Assembly (NCBI GenBank): GCA_043228905.1
Contig: JBHGNT010000010.1
Location: 11,904,001 to 11,968,000 of the forward strand
Source of the DNA: Azolla caroliniana
Lineage: Eukaryota > Plantae > Polypodiophyta
DNA length: 64,000 nucleotides
Direction of reading: 5' to 3'
A program made the translations under genes and the position numbers. Positions 60,301-64,000 of the stretch are shown one piece after another (position 1 is the stretch's first letter; every line of letters begins with the position of its first letter). A model generated the notes under the pieces. It ran no database searches, was not told where the DNA came from, and worked only from the letters and a program-made list of their open reading frames with translations.

Positions 60301-60820
60301 GAATATGAATTTAGATTGAAAGAGATAGATTATATAAAACTTCGTGAATCCCACGATTCTATTTTATTATTGGTGTTTTAGGAAATATATCCAATTTCCC
60401 AAATATTTCACACACCTTTTACATTGTGCTCCCCATCCTTATGTAGTGATGAGGGAGTCTTAGTAATCCATGCTTTTTTTTTCTAACTATAGACTCCATG
60501 CTTTTCCTATAGATAGACTATATACTTTATCTAAAGTGATCATGCTTTTTCTAACTTGTGTGTTTTTTATCGACTATAGCATTCATGCACGCTAGATGTG
60601 CATGCGTAGCTTTTTCTTTTAGCATGCGTTTTTCTTTTAACTAAAGTTTATCCTACGTGAACTTACCTTTTCTATGTGGGACATCTACTTTTTAACACGA
60701 ATGAAATGCTAGTGTAATGGTAAGGTTTCACATTATTAACATGATGGTGCAAGGTTCGAATTTTGCCCTATGCATGTTATATATATTTTAATATTTTCTA
60801 CTATTTATTCATATTTATTC
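57332..60820 (-). mobile_element. Second, older gag-only element A2; 5' LTR truncated
   Basis: LTRs 57332-58056 and 60026-~60820, Trp PBS 60004-60021, fragmented homolog of the A1 ORF, GCGT at 57328-57331. Confidence 0.88.
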
Positions 60821-61120
60821 AAATCCTGCGTTATATATTCGAATCCTGCGTATTTCGGGAAGTGATGTCGAAGAAGGCACGCACTCCCCGGACAAATGGC
60901 TGGAGGAAATGACCTATTTCTTAAGTATAGGGTTGCCACCTCCACACTTGCGTAATTGTGAAATGAATTGTCTGGCCGTCAGAAGTTGGAACTTCTACCT
61001 GCTTGAAGGAATATTGTACCATAAGGGAAGCGATGACATCTAGTGAAGGTGTCTATGCCAGGACGAAAAGAGTGTGGTATTAAGAAAAGCTCACTGCGGA
61101 ATATCGGGGGGTCACTACGC

Positions 61121-61889
61121 TGTCGTGAAGATTTCGGGCCACAGTGAGAAATCGGAGAATATTGGAAGAATCGGCGGGGTGGAGCATGCGCACTCACCCT
61201 TGTACGAATCGTGTAAATGATAGGGGCGCCATCATGGCGCCGGACAGTAGTTAATTCGGGACAAAGGATCCCATGTAATAAGGGATTTATCCCACATTGT
61301 TACGCATCCCTCTCCTTGTTCTATAAAAGGAAGGGAGCGCCCTTTGTGAAAGGGTTGCCCATTTTGAGTTAGGAGGGTATACCGTTAGATTTAGGGTTAG
61401 GTAGCTTCTTCTTCTTCTTCTTCTTCTTCTTCTTCTTCTTCTTCGTCGTCGTGTGGGTTGAGAGCTCGGGTCTGTTTAGGGTTTGCTTCTGCTCGATCCC
61501 CTGTGCAAGACCCCGCTTGGTGCGACGAGCCCGAGAGCTCCCCGATCGGCAGCTTCGCAACCGACCGTTGTTGTAACCTACCTTGGTTTGGCTCGAAGCC
61601 AAGGTTGTATCTCTTCCATTGTAATATATATATATATATATATATATGTTTGGTTGTGCACATCCGCGTCTCTAGTAGTGTCGGGTGTTTCCACCCCTTT
61701 TGCTTCCTGTGCGTAAGAGTCGGTGTCGCACGCACGCTCTCCCTCTCCTTTGTCTCTCTCTCACTCTCTCTCATGTTTGGTTGCATCCGGGTCGTGTCCG
61801 GTGTCGGTTTTCTTGGCATCCCTTTTCTCCCTCGTCCGAGACCCCCATGGTCCCGCCCCTTCTACACGCACGCGCGTAACAATGCGACA
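61121..61889 (+). mobile_element. Solo LTR of the B/D group inserted in the C2 integrase
   Basis: TGTCGTGAAG...CACGCACGCGCGTAACAATGCGACA like B LTR termini; splits host GHYAGE; TSD ACGC/ATGC; contains (CTT)n and (TA)n. Confidence 0.85.
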
Positions 61890-63276
61890 ATGCAGGGGAG
61901 GCAATTGCATGAAAGATATGGCACGGAGGACTCTAGTGGCCAACGACACAAAAGGACGCCCACACATATTGTAAAGAATGTGACCTATGTTAGCAAATGG
62001 GCCAACCAACAGAGTTAGTGCGAATGCCCCATCGACCAGTGCTACCACTAGAGCCATTCAAGAAATGGGGTCTTGATTTCGTCGAACCATTTACTCCAAC
62101 CGCAACACGAACAGGTAATAAGTACATCCAAGTGGCCACAGACTATTGTACGGAATGGGTCGAAGCAAAAGCATTACGAGATAATATGGCGGCATCCACA
62201 GCAAGATTCTTATATGAGCACATCGGGTGTCGTTTTGGCTGCCCTATAGAGCTAATCAGCGACCTAGGAAGCCATTTCCTCAACATGGTAATTCACAAGC
62301 TCACCGACCATTATGTCGTGGTTCACAAGAAAAGCACACCCTATTATCCACAAGCCAATAGACTCGCAGAATCAACGAACAAAACGCTCCAGAACATCGT
62401 AAAGAAATTGTCAACGACAACCGCACAGATTGGGACACTAAGCTGCATAATGCCCTATGGGCGTACTGCACCAATTTCAAGACCGGTATCCAATCGACTC
62501 CATTCTGCCTACTGTTCAGACTAGATTTCGTAATGCTTGTGGAATTTCAGGTTCCAAGTTTACGAATACAAGTTCGAGAGCGTCTTTCCAAATGACGGTC
62601 CGAGCAAATCCGCTTACAACAACTTCTCGAACTCAGTGAAGCCAGGGTCCACAACATGGGAATTTTGGAACACGAACAACGACAATGGAAGGCGTTCATG
62701 GATTAGCAGCATGGCACCAACGAGAAATGGTTTAAAGTTGGAAAGGTGTCTTAGTGTTCCAAACACGCATGGAACAGATGCCAGGTAAACTACGATTCAG
62801 ATGGACCAGACCTTATTGGATTATAGGCATTGAAAATGGGACATTCGAGTTGGGCACTCTTGTAGGAGAAGTATTACATCAAAAGGTCAACGAGTTTCGG
62901 CTGAAGCCGTATTGGGGCCCCACACTGTCGAACCCTTTTCGAGTCAATGCGAAAAATGGGCCCACTTCCGTGGCGACGACCGAGCGAAACGATCACACGC
63001 CACATTAAATGCAACTCTATTGGTAAAAATGTAACACTAGTGTACTATAAGGACACTCATAACCGTTAGGTCTGAAATGAAAAGAAAAAAGGAGCAACCA
63101 CAACTATTTAAGAGGTTACATGCAGACACAACTTCCAAGAAGAGAAGTACACGCGTCCACACAATGGCTCGCCGAATCTTGAACCCTAACATTTCAATCT
63201 CACAAGAAGAGGAATCAAGCCAGTTCTCTGTGCATTACAGAAAAGCCTTACAATCTCTTAGCTCCCTTCGCTCTCC

Positions 63277-63954
63277 TTGCTCACCGCGCTATCACAGAAA
63301 GATGCGACTGTCAACACGCGCGAAATTGACAACCTCAAGAAATGTCTTGAGGACTTACAAGCACGCACGCAGATGATCACTGAGCGCATTCGCATTCTCC
63401 TCCAAACAAAGTGCAAATGCTTCACTACCCAATTGCAAGCGGCCCTAAACAGAGGTTGGGCTAAATTGGCGGCACAGGCGGCCGAGCTCCACATCTATAG
63501 GGCCAATCGGGAGAACCGCAAGAAGGAAGGAAAAGGCTTCTACAAGCTAAGTGAGGAAAGCTTTGCCATGGTCGAAGAGAACCTTATGCAAGACTACCAT
63601 GCCTTGGACGATCGCCACTCCGAGGAGATAACGCAGCTAATAGAGGATTTTAGTGATAGCCAACTTGATACCTCCCTCCAACTCCAAGATATCGAAGCCG
63701 AACAACAGAAAGCAGAGGAGGCAAAAAGAGCGGCAGCCATCATACTCCCGAACAGCGACTCCGGGGAACATAACACCCACGAGCCTACGCAGGAGGACGA
63801 TGAAGTCCCGGAGGTTTCCACGTCACCACAACCACTAGAGCCCACACCAAGTGATACCCACCACAACCCCAAAGTCACAGCCGACATAGCACGGGAGGAA
63901 CCATGGGAGGAACTTCGGGAAGAGCCACTACGGGAGCCTCTGATCGACGACTGA
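63277..63954 (+). pseudogene. C2 extra 3' ORF remnant
   Basis: WAKLAAQAAEL...ENRKKEGKGFYKLSEES aligns with C1 WSQQAAEL...ENRRKTGDKFYKMDEES. Confidence 0.75.
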
Positions 63955-64000
63955 CACGAGGAACATGCGTCGAGCAACCATCCCGTAGAGGGAGCCCCAC

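Larger units (their letters stand above)
45530..64000 (+). mobile_element. Old C-family Ty3/gypsy element C2, interrupted by copia, A2 and a solo LTR; runs off the window
   Basis: LTR 45530-45903, PBS at 45908, leader GGAATGGATATCTAG like C1 GGGATGGATGTCTAG. Decayed gag-pol 53523-63008 is homologous to C1 (IIDGG, FLDD, KWGLDFV). Extra ORF follows. Confidence 0.82.

Noticed and set aside
61369-61819. Poly-Lys and poly-Glu ORFs (also 13755-13991)
   Set aside because: They are translations of (CTT)n or A-rich tracts in non-coding sequence.

Overview
This window is plant-type, methylated and almost entirely retrotransposon DNA; a moss/bryophyte origin is an inference. I found no intact host gene. 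Most of it is a nest of LTR retrotransposons up to five levels deep: copia remnant > gypsy D > gypsy B1 > gypsy C1 > Tcn1-like chromovirus. Also present are a second B copy, two gag-only elements (A1, A2), a full-length decayed copia, a second C element, solo LTRs, two LINE fragments and captured RPS16 and RTEL1-like gene fragments. Labels A-D are mine. The most unusual signals are: (1) C-family gypsy elements lack a polypurine tract next to the LTR and carry there a conserved tRNA-3'-half mimic ending in CCA, equivalent to a second, antisense primer-binding site; (2) antisense tRNA-like A/B-box modules in the U3 of unrelated LTR families; (3) a head-to-head palindrome of two gypsy copies joined by a 3-nt loop; (4) a gypsy group (A, B and a related solo LTR) with 4-bp RCGY target duplications; (5) self-priming and -1 frameshift/pseudoknot signals. 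All of this was read by eye with no database searches, and boundaries of degraded elements are approximate.
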